Of a stretch of 64,000 nt of DNA, positions 37,458-46,461 are shown in pieces (position 1 is the first letter of the stretch; every line of letters begins with the position of its first letter). The stretch is from Bacillota bacterium (lineage in GTDB: Bacteria; Bacillota; Clostridia; Ch29). The stretch is from positions 100,341-164,340 of the forward strand of contig JABVCK010000009.1 in assembly GCA_013540605.1 (NCBI GenBank). Reading direction: 5' to 3'. The translations under genes and the position numbers were made by a program. Below the pieces are notes generated by a model. That model saw nothing but the letters and a program-made list of their open reading frames with translations, was not told the origin of the DNA and made no database searches.

Positions 37458-38960
37458 GTGAATTTATTGAAACCTTTTGTTTTTATCCATGAAAATGCCT
37501 ATGGTTTTTCCAATGCCTTAAAAGTGCAGAGTGAGGAGTATTCTGTGCAAAAGGGTGTTGAAAACGTGGAAAGGATAATGGATAGCTATGACTTGGGATT
37601 ACTGCTTACGGTAAAGGAGGATTTACTGAAGCGCCGGGAAGAGTACAGAAGGCTTAAGAAAAGATTCGCCTTTTTGAATATAGCATTGGCTCAGGATGAA
37701 CCTGCCGATGTGCTTTATAGCGATATCATTGACGATGTATTTTCCGGTGGGGATGACTGGGATGGGAGGATTAGAAATATTTTTCTTGTCAGCCGCTCCA
37801 ACAAAACGTGTCTCCAGATTAATGCCAGGGACTTAGTTGCCATGGGAGAATTTGACCTTTTCAATGACAACATGCTGATACAGCCCGGAAATATTGACAT
37901 AAGCCATTTCAAATCCATCATACGGTATGTTGATACCTGTATCAGACCGGGACATATTAATAAAATATGTCTATGTGTAACCGGCCGAAAAAACCTGCGG
38001 TGCGAATGCTCCAACTGTAGTTTGCCATTCAAACCGCATCATATTCCGATAAAGCTGAGCTTCAACGGACAGGACTACCTCATAGGCTGGACAAGGGCGC
38101 TTCCGGTTGCGGGTGGCCAGGATGATGCTGATATAGCAGCTCATTTTGCCAAAATGCTGGCATCAATAGCCGGCGCCTGGGCGTCTGATGTTTATTCAGT
38201 TGTTTTTAAACTCTTCAGCAGCAGTATTGACCTAATATTTAAGGATATCACCCGCCGACAGGAAGAGGAAGAAAGAAAGGAGCAGCGGGAAAAGCTGCTG
38301 CTGGCAGGGGAATTGGCAGCGTCTATTTCCCATGAAATCAAAAATCCGCTGTCGGTGATATCGGGACTATTACAGCTTTTCAAGGATAAGGAGAATATAC
38401 AAGAAGGCGCGATTAAAAAATATGCTGATATGGGGCTTAAGGAACTGAGTAGGATACAAGGCCTGCTGGAGGAATACCTGTCGACGGTAAAAACGGGCAG
38501 CATAAAACCCGAAATCATAGATGTCATAGATGTTATTGATGAGTTTATTGTTCTGCTGCGCCTATCCATGGGTGCGTCCACGGTGAGTATACGTTTCAAC
38601 GCCTCCGGAAATGTTCCCGCTATAAAGGTCGATGTGTCCCAACTCAAGCAGGTGATACTGAATCTCGTGCAAAATGCGGTTCATGCCGTAGAGGGCAGCG
38701 GATGGATAGAAATAAGGACTTTATACGATGAGCAGGCCGACAGAGTCCTGATCGAAATTGAAGATAACGGCGTAGGTATACCCAACGATTGTATTGACAA
38801 AATCTTTAAGCCCTTTTATACTACAAAGAAAAACGGTACCGGTCTGGGTTTGTTTTTATGCAGGCGGCTGGTTATTGAAAACGGTGGAGGCATAGAGGTT
38901 GACAGCAAACCGGGACAGGGAAGCAAATTTACAGTTTGGTTTCCGGCGCACCGTGACTAA
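37458..38960 (+). CDS. Orphan sensor histidine kinase (HisKA plus HATPase_c) with an N-terminal ~270-aa domain of unknown function
   Basis: H-box SHEIKNPLS and N/G1/G2 boxes (NLVQNAVHAV, DNGVGI, GTGLGL). GTG at 37458 or TTG at 37467 are possible starts, downstream of GAGGTG. Confidence 0.7.
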   Translation: MNLLKPFVFIHENAYGFSNALKVQSEEYSVQKGVENVERIMDSYDLGLLLTVKEDLLKRREEYRRLKKRFAFLNIALAQDEPADVLYSDIIDDVFSGGDDWDGRIRNIFLVSRSNKTCLQINARDLVAMGEFDLFNDNMLIQPGNIDISHFKSIIRYVDTCIRPGHINKICLCVTGRKNLRCECSNCSLPFKPHHIPIKLSFNGQDYLIGWTRALPVAGGQDDADIAAHFAKMLASIAGAWASDVYSVVFKLFSSSIDLIFKDITRRQEEEERKEQREKLLLAGELAASISHEIKNPLSVISGLLQLFKDKENIQEGAIKKYADMGLKELSRIQGLLEEYLSTVKTGSIKPEIIDVIDVIDEFIVLLRLSMGASTVSIRFNASGNVPAIKVDVSQLKQVILNLVQNAVHAVEGSGWIEIRTLYDEQADRVLIEIEDNGVGIPNDCIDKIFKPFYTTKKNGTGLGLFLCRRLVIENGGGIEVDSKPGQGSKFTVWFPAHRD

Positions 38961-38964
38961 TTTC

Positions 38965-39085
38965 GGGGACATTCCGCCGCAAGGAACTTTAATGGGGACA
39001 TTTCTTGGCCATAAAGGAATACTAAAAATGAAGGTGTGTCCCCTGGCCTTATAGGCGCAGCGGTGTGTCCCCATACCTTAAAAGG
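38965..39085. repeat. Composite, nested copy of the GGGGACATT...TGTCCCC hairpin element. The 5' half of one unit is followed by an inserted variant unit and then the 3' half.
   Basis: GGGGACATTCCGCCGCAAGGAAC // GGGGACATTTCTTGGCC...GTGTGTCCCC // TGGCCTTATAGGCGCAGCGGTGTGTCCCCATACC. It ends 8 nt before the RBS of the DUF1015 gene with the same CCATACC-TTAAAAGGAGGA junction as at 11417. Confidence 0.8.
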
Positions 39086-39093
39086 AGGACAAT

Positions 39094-40338
39094 ATGGCTG
39101 TAATAAAACCCTTTAAGGGTATCAGGCCGGTGGAAGAGCTGGCCGAAAAGGTAGCAGCCCTTCCCTATGATGTGATGACAAGGGAAGAGGCAGAAAATCT
39201 GGTCGAGGGCAATCCACTGTCATTTTTGCGGGTTGACCGGGCAGAGATTGAGCTTCCGCGGGAGGTTCCATTCAATCATTCCAGTGTGTATGAGCGGGCG
39301 GCTTACAATTTGGAAAAACTTATGAAGAGTGGAGTACTGAAGCAGGACAGCAGGGAAGTATTTTATATTTATCAACTGGAGGTTGGAGGCAGGCGCCAGT
39401 CGGGACTGGTTGCATGCTTTTCAATCGACGATTATCTGAGCGGTGTTATCAAGAAGCATGAGCATACAACGGAGGATAAAGAAAAGGACCGGATCCGCCA
39501 TGTGAAGGCCTGCAACGCCCATACAGGTCCAATACTGCTTTTCAACAGGGAGGATGTCCGGGTGAACCAGGTTATGGAATCCTGGATGAAAGGGCATAAG
39601 CCGGTTTATGACTTTTCTGCTCAAGACAATGTTGAACACAGGGTATGGGTCATCGATGAAACCAATGTAATCTATGAGCTGAAAAATTTGTTCAGTGGAA
39701 TTGACAAACTGTACATAGCCGACGGCCACCATCGGTGCGCTGCCGCGGTAAAAGTTGGGCTGGACAAGAGAAAAGGCGTGCTTCATGGGGATGAGGAATA
39801 CAATTATTTTCTCGGTGTAGTTTTTCCCCATAACCAGCTTCGGATCCTTGACTATAACAGGGTGGTCCGGGACCTGAACGGCCTGTCGGTCAGCCGTTTT
39901 CTCGACAGGGTTAGTCTGTATTTTGATATAAATCCCATTCAAAACGGGGAAGCATACAAACCCGGCCATATCCATAGTTTTGGCATGTTTGTGGATGGCG
40001 GGTGGTATGAATTGATAGCAAAACCAGGGACTTGGAACGATGAGGACCCGGTTGAGAGGCTCGATGTCCGTATACTCCAGAACAATCTGCTGGGGCCCAT
40101 TCTTGGGATAGAGGATCCCAGAAAGGATAAAAGGATCGAATTTGTAGGAGGAAGCAGAAGGCTGATTGAACTGGAAAACATGGTCAGACAGCAGGGGGAA
40201 GGCGCCGCATTTGCCCTATATCCCACTTCCATTGTCCAGTTGATGGATGTGGCTGACATGGGAAAAATTATGCCGCCCAAATCCACCTGGTTTGAACCCA
40301 AGCTGAGGAGCGGCCTGTTCATTCATGATATAGGCTAA
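39094..40338 (+). CDS. DUF1015 family protein (function unknown)
   Basis: 414 aa. N-terminal MAVIKPFKGIRP is the conserved DUF1015 start. Confidence 0.6.
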   Translation: MAVIKPFKGIRPVEELAEKVAALPYDVMTREEAENLVEGNPLSFLRVDRAEIELPREVPFNHSSVYERAAYNLEKLMKSGVLKQDSREVFYIYQLEVGGRRQSGLVACFSIDDYLSGVIKKHEHTTEDKEKDRIRHVKACNAHTGPILLFNREDVRVNQVMESWMKGHKPVYDFSAQDNVEHRVWVIDETNVIYELKNLFSGIDKLYIADGHHRCAAAVKVGLDKRKGVLHGDEEYNYFLGVVFPHNQLRILDYNRVVRDLNGLSVSRFLDRVSLYFDINPIQNGEAYKPGHIHSFGMFVDGGWYELIAKPGTWNDEDPVERLDVRILQNNLLGPILGIEDPRKDKRIEFVGGSRRLIELENMVRQQGEGAAFALYPTSIVQLMDVADMGKIMPPKSTWFEPKLRSGLFIHDIG

Positions 40339-40339
40339 T

Positions 40340-40420
40340 CAGTTGCCAGAGTATAGTTACCAGTGGTCAGTGGTCAGTGACCAGTGACTAGCACCTAGTA
40401 CCTAGTACCTGTGAACTACG
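40340..40420. repeat. Low-complexity repeat family B copy (CAGTGGTCAGTGGTCAGTGACCAGTGAC ... TAGTACCTAGTACCTGTGAACTACGAAC) between convergent genes
   Basis: Iterated CAGTGG/CAGTGAC and TAGTACC units. Shares the 17-mer with 29563-29590. Confidence 0.6.
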
Positions 40421-40422
40421 AA

Positions 40423-41223
40423 CTAAATCTTTACAAATTCCGGGTTTCCATCAGAGAAACGGGAAATATACCTGAAACCGGCGCTGCGGGCAATGTCCAG
40501 CGCCTGGGGAAAACGCTCCGCAACCTGGCTCGGCGTATGGGCGTCCGAGCCTATGGTTAATATTTCTCCTCCCAGCTCTCTGTACCTTTTTATCAAGTCA
40601 AAATCCGGCATAGTGCTGGAAAGATTATAGCGAAACCCGGAAGTATTTATCTCCAGGCCCCTTCCGGTGCTGATCAGCAGCCTGAAAATTTCATCAAGTA
40701 TATCGCTGTAGTCCGGATATCTCAGCGACCTGTCCCGATAGTCCCCGTATCTTCTTATAAGGTCAATGTGGCCCAGCACATTGAACCTGGAAAACCCGTC
40801 AACGCACCGGTAGACCTCCTGAAGGTATTCGAAGTAGGTCTCTTTTTTTGTGCGGTTGGCACAGAATTCGCCGTTGTGCAGGTCCATTTTTTTTACCGCA
40901 TGAACAGAGGCTATTATAAACTGGAAATCCTTATCTTCCAGGTAGTCCACACATTCTTTTATGACATGGGGCTGAACACCGATTTCTATTCCCTTAATTA
41001 TGCTAATTTTGTTTCCAAAGCTCTCCCTTGCCCTGTCTATCGCATCGGAATATAAGGTGTAATCCAGGTCAAATTCGATGCTGCTATCCGGATAATCGAT
41101 ATCCAGGTGGTCGGTTACGGCTATCTCAACGACGTCTTTAGCGATTGCCGCTGCGCACGCCTGGCGAAGCTCCATTCTGCCGTCACTTGAGAAACCCGTA
41201 TGGATATGGTAGTCATAATACAT
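40423..41223 (-). CDS. hisJ: Histidinol-phosphatase, PHP family (HisJ/HisK type)
   Basis: N-terminal YDYHIHTGFSSDG PHP motif. The ATG at 41223 is preceded by GGGGAGGG. The ORF track's longer start is less likely. Confidence 0.75.
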   Translation of the reverse strand: MYYDYHIHTGFSSDGRMELRQACAAAIAKDVVEIAVTDHLDIDYPDSSIEFDLDYTLYSDAIDRARESFGNKISIIKGIEIGVQPHVIKECVDYLEDKDFQFIIASVHAVKKMDLHNGEFCANRTKKETYFEYLQEVYRCVDGFSRFNVLGHIDLIRRYGDYRDRSLRYPDYSDILDEIFRLLISTGRGLEINTSGFRYNLSSTMPDFDLIKRYRELGGEILTIGSDAHTPSQVAERFPQALDIARSAGFRYISRFSDGNPEFVKI

Positions 41224-41607
41224 AGATAACCCTCCCCTATTGTACAATAGAGATTTTACTAGCGACACAGCCCGATGTCAAGGGCAGGCGCATCAACCCT
41301 CCATTTAGGGGGAGGGGGAATGATAATAATATCTCAGCGCTTGCCGATTTTCACACAGTTGACGTTCCCTTAATATATATTAATTACCAAGAGAAGAAGG
41401 GATTTGGATATATATACAGAATAATACTATTATAGCAAATATGGTTAACGAGGTGAGATGCTTGTATCCCATACCGTGGTATGTTGCACTGCTGGAAACT
41501 GTACCTGAAACATTTCTTGTTATTAAGTTGGGTTTTAGGCTTTTCGAAATGGATGTAGATACAAGAAAGGCCTTGATAATATCTCTGATGAACGGGGATT
41601 GATAGCC

Positions 41608-42537
41608 ATGATAAAAGATAGAAGCCTAATTATAATGAATACCATATTGGTACAGATACTTCTGATTGTTATAGTTAACCAGCAGATAATGACAATGGAG
41701 GACATGAACATTTATAAACAGTGTTTACCCTTTTTGAATCTACTGGTAATAATACTGGGAATTTTCTCAATGTTTTCTATAACGGAGATTAAGAAAAGCA
41801 CCTCCATGTCAGTTGAAGTAAGCCTTATAAAAAACCACCTTGAGCAGATAGAGAGGCTGGCAGAGGTGCTGCATAAAAGCAAGCATGAGCATGCAAGGCA
41901 TATACAGACCATACAGTCAATGCTTAACCTGGGAAAGTACGATAAGGCGATAGAGTATATAGAGGGTATTGCCGAAAGTTACTGGCCTTGTGACGAGATG
42001 GTGTATGTAGACCATCCTGCATTAACGGCACTCTTGAACAGCAAAAAAAAGAGCGCCGAGCTAAAGGGTGTGGAATTTGCCTTCTGTGCAAAGTGCGATT
42101 TAAAAAACATACCGGTTAAACCCTGGGACCTATGCAGCATGGTGGGAAACCTCCTGGACAATGCCTTTGAAGCCGTTGTCTGCACGCAGGGGCCAAAGAG
42201 GGTGGGGCTTGAGATAAAGCATGAGCAGGGCCATTACATAATATATGTGCATAACAGCGGCCCCCGCATACCCGACAGGTTAAAAGAAGAGATATTCAAT
42301 CCCGGCGTTACCACAAAGGGGTCCCCTGCAAGGGGCTACGGCCTGTACCTAGTAAAAAAACTGGTGGAGGAGTATGGCGGGCATATAGAAGTTATATCCG
42401 GGGACAAAACCACATTTATCATATATTTGCCGGATCTACCTATTCCAGATGCCTGGTTACCGGGCTTGCCCCAACAGCATGTGGATACTTTACGAGCCGG
42501 ATATACCCCGGAGCCTGAAAAAATAAGGATTGGTTAA
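41608..42537 (+). CDS. GHKL-type sensor histidine kinase of the LytTR-partner class (AgrC/SpoOB-like, HATPase_c_5)
   Basis: N-terminal TM segments. C-terminal GHKL ATPase motifs (NLLDNAFEAV, HNSGPRIP, GYGLYLVKK). Adjacent to a LytTR regulator. The start could be TTG 41599 or ATG 41608. Confidence 0.65.
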   Translation: MIKDRSLIIMNTILVQILLIVIVNQQIMTMEDMNIYKQCLPFLNLLVIILGIFSMFSITEIKKSTSMSVEVSLIKNHLEQIERLAEVLHKSKHEHARHIQTIQSMLNLGKYDKAIEYIEGIAESYWPCDEMVYVDHPALTALLNSKKKSAELKGVEFAFCAKCDLKNIPVKPWDLCSMVGNLLDNAFEAVVCTQGPKRVGLEIKHEQGHYIIYVHNSGPRIPDRLKEEIFNPGVTTKGSPARGYGLYLVKKLVEEYGGHIEVISGDKTTFIIYLPDLPIPDAWLPGLPQQHVDTLRAGYTPEPEKIRIG

Positions 42538-42538
42538 C

Positions 42539-43267
42539 ATGGTAAGCATACTTATTCTTGAAGATGAATACTATACCAGGGAATACCTAAAAGGGCTGGT
42601 GGCTAAAAACCCTCTCGCAAGCAGGGTTATAGACGTGTCATCCGGCAGCGAGGCAGTAAGGACTGCGAAGGAGCACCTCCCGGATATTGCACTGCTTGAT
42701 ATAGAGCTGGATACGGGGGAAGGTATAAACGGTATAGATGTGGCAAAGATGATTCAGGATATAAACCCTCGGATGCACTTAGCGTTTATAACCGGCTACG
42801 CAAAGTACGCCCTGGATTCCTTCCGGGTACACCCCTACGACTATATACTGAAGCCTTTCAAAACCGAGAGGGTGATGGAGGTAATATCAACCCTTGCGGC
42901 AAAAGTACTGCAGGATAGGGATACGGATAATGCCACTGACAAAATAACGATAAGAACAGGCGATGAAATACTTTTTCTAAGGGCGGAAGAAATTCTGTTT
43001 ATAGAAAGGCAGGGTAAATAAACCCTTGTCCACACGCTTAACAGTATTCATGAAATAGCTATGTTCCTTAACGAGCTGGAAGGGATATTACCCCAAAACT
43101 TCCTGAGGGTCCACAAATCCTTTATCGTAAATACCGATAAAATAAAGAAGATCAGAGAAGTAAGCAGGAGGTCATACGAAATAGAGTTCTATAATTATAA
43201 TAAGACAGCCCATATGAGCAGGTATAAATACAAAGAGCATAAGGAATTGTTTTCCCCCTCCAGATGA
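42539..43267 (+). pseudogene. LytTR-family response regulator (REC plus LytTR) interrupted by a single in-frame TAA at 43019-43021
   Basis: ORFs 42530..43021 and 43061..43267 are in the same frame (offset 531). The stop falls inside the LytTR domain, where homologs have an aromatic residue (...FIERQGK*TLVHT...). Downstream, LRVHKSFIVN and the rest of the LytTR domain are intact. Confidence 0.6.
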
Positions 43268-43317
43268 GGGGTGTTTTTTTGCTGCTCAGGGCACAGCCTC
43301 TGGGTCATTGAGTCGCC

Positions 43318-43372
43318 GTATTGGGCTATTCAGTTCCCATATTGGGCTATTCAACCCTCAAAATGGGCTATT
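43318..43372. promoter_or_regulatory. Three direct repeats (TATTGGGCTATTCA x2 and AAATGGGCTATTCA) with 21-bp periodicity. Candidate LytTR-regulator binding sites.
   Basis: Repeats at 43318-43331, 43339-43352 and 43359-43372. LytTR regulators (AgrA, PlnC, ComE) bind 9-bp direct repeats separated by 12-bp spacers. Located 50 nt downstream of the regulator gene. Confidence 0.55.
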
Positions 43373-43723
43373 CAGGAAAACGGGAAGGAAAGGTTAAAAG
43401 GGGTGTAGAATACAATAATAGGAAAAAATAACATCCCTGCCGGAGGACAAGCTCTGGCCGAGACTGACACCGGCAGGGACCACCCTTTACCTGTCAGAGA
43501 CAGGCTGGGAGTTAAGTCTATTATACCTCCCTCCTCTGTCTCTGTAAAGGTAAAGGAGACTCTAAGAGGGAGGAGTGGTGTGTATTAAAATATAAAAATA
43601 ATTAGAGTAATTTTGTCGGCAGATTATTCTGAACACGAAGGAACGTTGTAGTTTGGTGGGAATATTATTCGTAGTTCTATCTTACGAATAATATTTACTA
43701 AAAATACGAGGGAGTGTATTATT

Positions 43724-44347
43724 ATGAAAAAAGCCTTCAGTATGATAATAAGTGTTTTTTTGTTACTCAATCTGTTATCGGTTAATGTGGCTTCAGCAGG
43801 CAAAGTAGATTCGCAATCAGAGGTTATTTTGCAATTAAAGGCAAATGAGGAACAATTGAAAATACTTAATAGTCTAGATAGAACAGATATGACATTGTAT
43901 GAGGTTATAAGAGAAGTATTCCCTAAGGAGTTTTCAAAACTAGATAGAGAAACTAAAATAAAACTATCCATGATGAGATATGGGGAGCAAAATAATGGTG
44001 ACGGCGTAGGTATTTTTGCTGATCTAACATATGGTTCGGAGATTACAGGATATGGCAATTCACTAAAATTCTGGTCATATAATGATTTGAGCTGGGTTAG
44101 TCCAGAAATGTGGGTGGAATCAAAGCTAATTGACGACGATACTGGCGATATAGTCGAATATGCTTTAGAGGCAGCTACGTATACTTCTTATTTAGAAGCG
44201 GGTGATATTGAAGACCCACCAACAGGAAACTACAGAGTCCATGGCGATCATTGGTGGCTATATTATGATTCACTGTATAATGATTGGCTATGGCTGCATT
44301 TAGTTTCACATACTAGGACGTTTAGTTATGTAAACCCATATGAATAG
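43724..44347 (+). CDS. Secreted hypothetical protein (signal peptide, W/Y-rich C-terminus)
   Basis: N-terminal signal peptide MKKAFSMIISVFLLLNLLSVNVASA. No recognisable domain. GAGGGAG RBS. Confidence 0.5.
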   Translation: MKKAFSMIISVFLLLNLLSVNVASAGKVDSQSEVILQLKANEEQLKILNSLDRTDMTLYEVIREVFPKEFSKLDRETKIKLSMMRYGEQNNGDGVGIFADLTYGSEITGYGNSLKFWSYNDLSWVSPEMWVESKLIDDDTGDIVEYALEAATYTSYLEAGDIEDPPTGNYRVHGDHWWLYYDSLYNDWLWLHLVSHTRTFSYVNPYE

Positions 44348-44589
44348 AAGCTGTTAAATCGTCTTGCAAAAATATAGAGGATGATTATAATCATCCTCTA
44401 TATTTTTGCTCCATTATATGCTCATTTTATGCAGGAATGATTCGAGGTTACAATAATAGCCTAAATATAGTATACTGTGATTGATATTACCAAATTAGGC
44501 AAGAGTAAAGTTTGACTCTTAAGTTGATATTTTTTGACTTATACCCGATTGGTGTTTTGCTTTAAAAACTAATAAATGGAGGTAAATCT

Positions 44590-45453
44590 ATGAGAAGGAT
44601 TAGTTTAGCTGTGTTAATATTAAGCATTCTCATTACCGGATGCCAGAACAACTATATACAGGAAACTGATAATCAATTTGTAGAAGATAATGTTGATGAA
44701 ACCGACAGGGAATACTTCGAAGACGAAATGGCGGAGGGTTTCTTCCGGGAGGACGTTGGCATTACCAGTCTGGAAAAACATGAGGTGTATAGAACCGGTA
44801 ATAAACTGAATGTGGATTTTTATTTTACAAAAGAGGCCAAAAGAAATGAAATCAGTAGCAGCAAAGACTTTGTTATGAAGTTATTCGTTTTAGGGGACAT
44901 GTATCATCTCTCGAAAGGCCCATATTCCCGGCTGCTGGCTGAGGGAGTATTCTGGGACCAGGTAAGCTATAGAGCCTATATGGATAATACGTTGGTATTA
45001 AGAGAGAACTTTGATTTGCATGAAGGCGGGCAGTTTTCCAGTGATTACTATGAAAACACCGATATGGAACTTGCATCACGGATGATTGATGAGGATGTAA
45101 CCGGGGAGTTTGTAGAAGATATTAAGAAAAGCTACTGGGCAATCCGGGACGTGTATATGGAAAGAAGCTATAAGGGAAATGTGCTTATAATTAAACTTAA
45201 GGGATGGAAAAAGTACAACGATAAGGACATTAGCAATATAAAGAATATGATAGAAACCAATTTAGCGCCGGTACTCGAAAAAGAATCAAAGGAAAAGTAC
45301 ATGCAAAACATTGACTACCTTGGATTGGTGCTGCAGCTTTATTCCTGGGATAACAAGTATTACGAAGAAGTTTATTTTAACGGCGAGGAAAAGGAATGGC
45401 TGGACGAGGACTGGATGAACTACGATTTCTTTGGCAGGTATATAAATAACTGA
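44590..45453 (+). CDS. Hypothetical lipoprotein
   Basis: Lipobox LITGCQ after a hydrophobic h-region. Acidic, low-complexity N-terminal region. No recognisable domain. Confidence 0.5.
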   Translation: MRRISLAVLILSILITGCQNNYIQETDNQFVEDNVDETDREYFEDEMAEGFFREDVGITSLEKHEVYRTGNKLNVDFYFTKEAKRNEISSSKDFVMKLFVLGDMYHLSKGPYSRLLAEGVFWDQVSYRAYMDNTLVLRENFDLHEGGQFSSDYYENTDMELASRMIDEDVTGEFVEDIKKSYWAIRDVYMERSYKGNVLIIKLKGWKKYNDKDISNIKNMIETNLAPVLEKESKEKYMQNIDYLGLVLQLYSWDNKYYEEVYFNGEEKEWLDEDWMNYDFFGRYINN

Positions 45454-45594
45454 TAAAGAGATTCGCCGCGGATGTCAAACCGGGAATATATTCAGGAAAA
45501 AATAGAGGAATTATTAACTTTCCTGAACTATTATAGCCATAATGGACAAAATAAGATATAATGGTAATGGAATAAAAATCGGGAGGTTAGCTTA

Positions 45595-46074
45595 ATGGAA
45601 GTGTATTCGGTTGCAGAGGCTAAAAATAATTTTCCGAAGTTGCGCCGGCTGGCTGCTCAAGGAATGGAGTTTGTGGTTGTTGACCATAAACGGGCTGAAA
45701 CGGCTCCTGTTTCGGTTATTGCCACTGAGCTGCTGGATAGAATTACAAAGGAGGACCTGGCCGGACTCACCTATGAGTGGCTGGACAGACCGGGGGACGT
45801 AATCACGGAAGAAGAAGTAAACCGGACCTGGAACCTTTGGAATGATCAACTGAAGATTCTTGGGATCGGGGAAACAAAAGAAGAGGCTGTCCGGAGCCTG
45901 GCCGAAGATGCGGTTGAGTACGCCGATGAGTATTTTGACAACCTTGATTTCTTTTTAAATCCCAGATCCGAAAGGGCCGGGCATTACTGGATTTTACGGG
46001 GTATAAGACATTGTAACGGGGATCTTGCCAAGGTGATAGAGATCATGGGCCTGGACAGACTCCTGGAGGCGTAA
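45595..46074 (+). CDS. Phd/YefM-like antitoxin-domain protein with a C-terminal extension. No cognate toxin is adjacent.
   Basis: N-terminal YSVAEAKNNFPKL...VVVD...PVSVI matches the Phd/YefM pattern. 159 aa is longer than typical. Confidence 0.35.
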   Translation: MEVYSVAEAKNNFPKLRRLAAQGMEFVVVDHKRAETAPVSVIATELLDRITKEDLAGLTYEWLDRPGDVITEEEVNRTWNLWNDQLKILGIGETKEEAVRSLAEDAVEYADEYFDNLDFFLNPRSERAGHYWILRGIRHCNGDLAKVIEIMGLDRLLEA

Positions 46075-46284
46075 GGATGGGTTATACGTTTAGCTGGATG
46101 GTTTTTCCTGTTTAATAAAAAATCCGGACTTACCGGCACCACTTCAGATAAACTGAAGGCGTGCCGGTCTACTTTTTCCGGGGCAAAGCAATAGCCGGGC
46201 AAGAGTACCCCTTGCCTGTTCACTGTGTTCCTGGTCCCTCCATTGGAATGTCCGGGTGTTAAGCTCAATATCATGTTGGATGTG

Positions 46285-46367
46285 GGTGACAAGGAACATT
46301 TTTGGTGTATAAGGTGACATGAGGACGTTTCGTTTGCCACGGGCTACGGTACGTTGCAGGTGGGCAA
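46285..46367. repeat. Left arm of imperfect inverted repeats flanking the TPR gene (core GACGTTTCGTTTGCCA)
   Basis: The 16-nt exact core at 46324-46339 is the reverse complement of 48661-48676. Extended similarity (gtgacaagga-acatttttg ... gggctac ... gtgggc) runs across ~70 bp. Confidence 0.6.
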
Positions 46368-46461
46368 TACTTCCCTATGAAAAATGAAATGTCTAGGAAT
46401 AGGTAGTATTCTATAGTATAATGTAGGAAGAATTGGTAGAGAGGTATTTGGGGGGTGCGCC

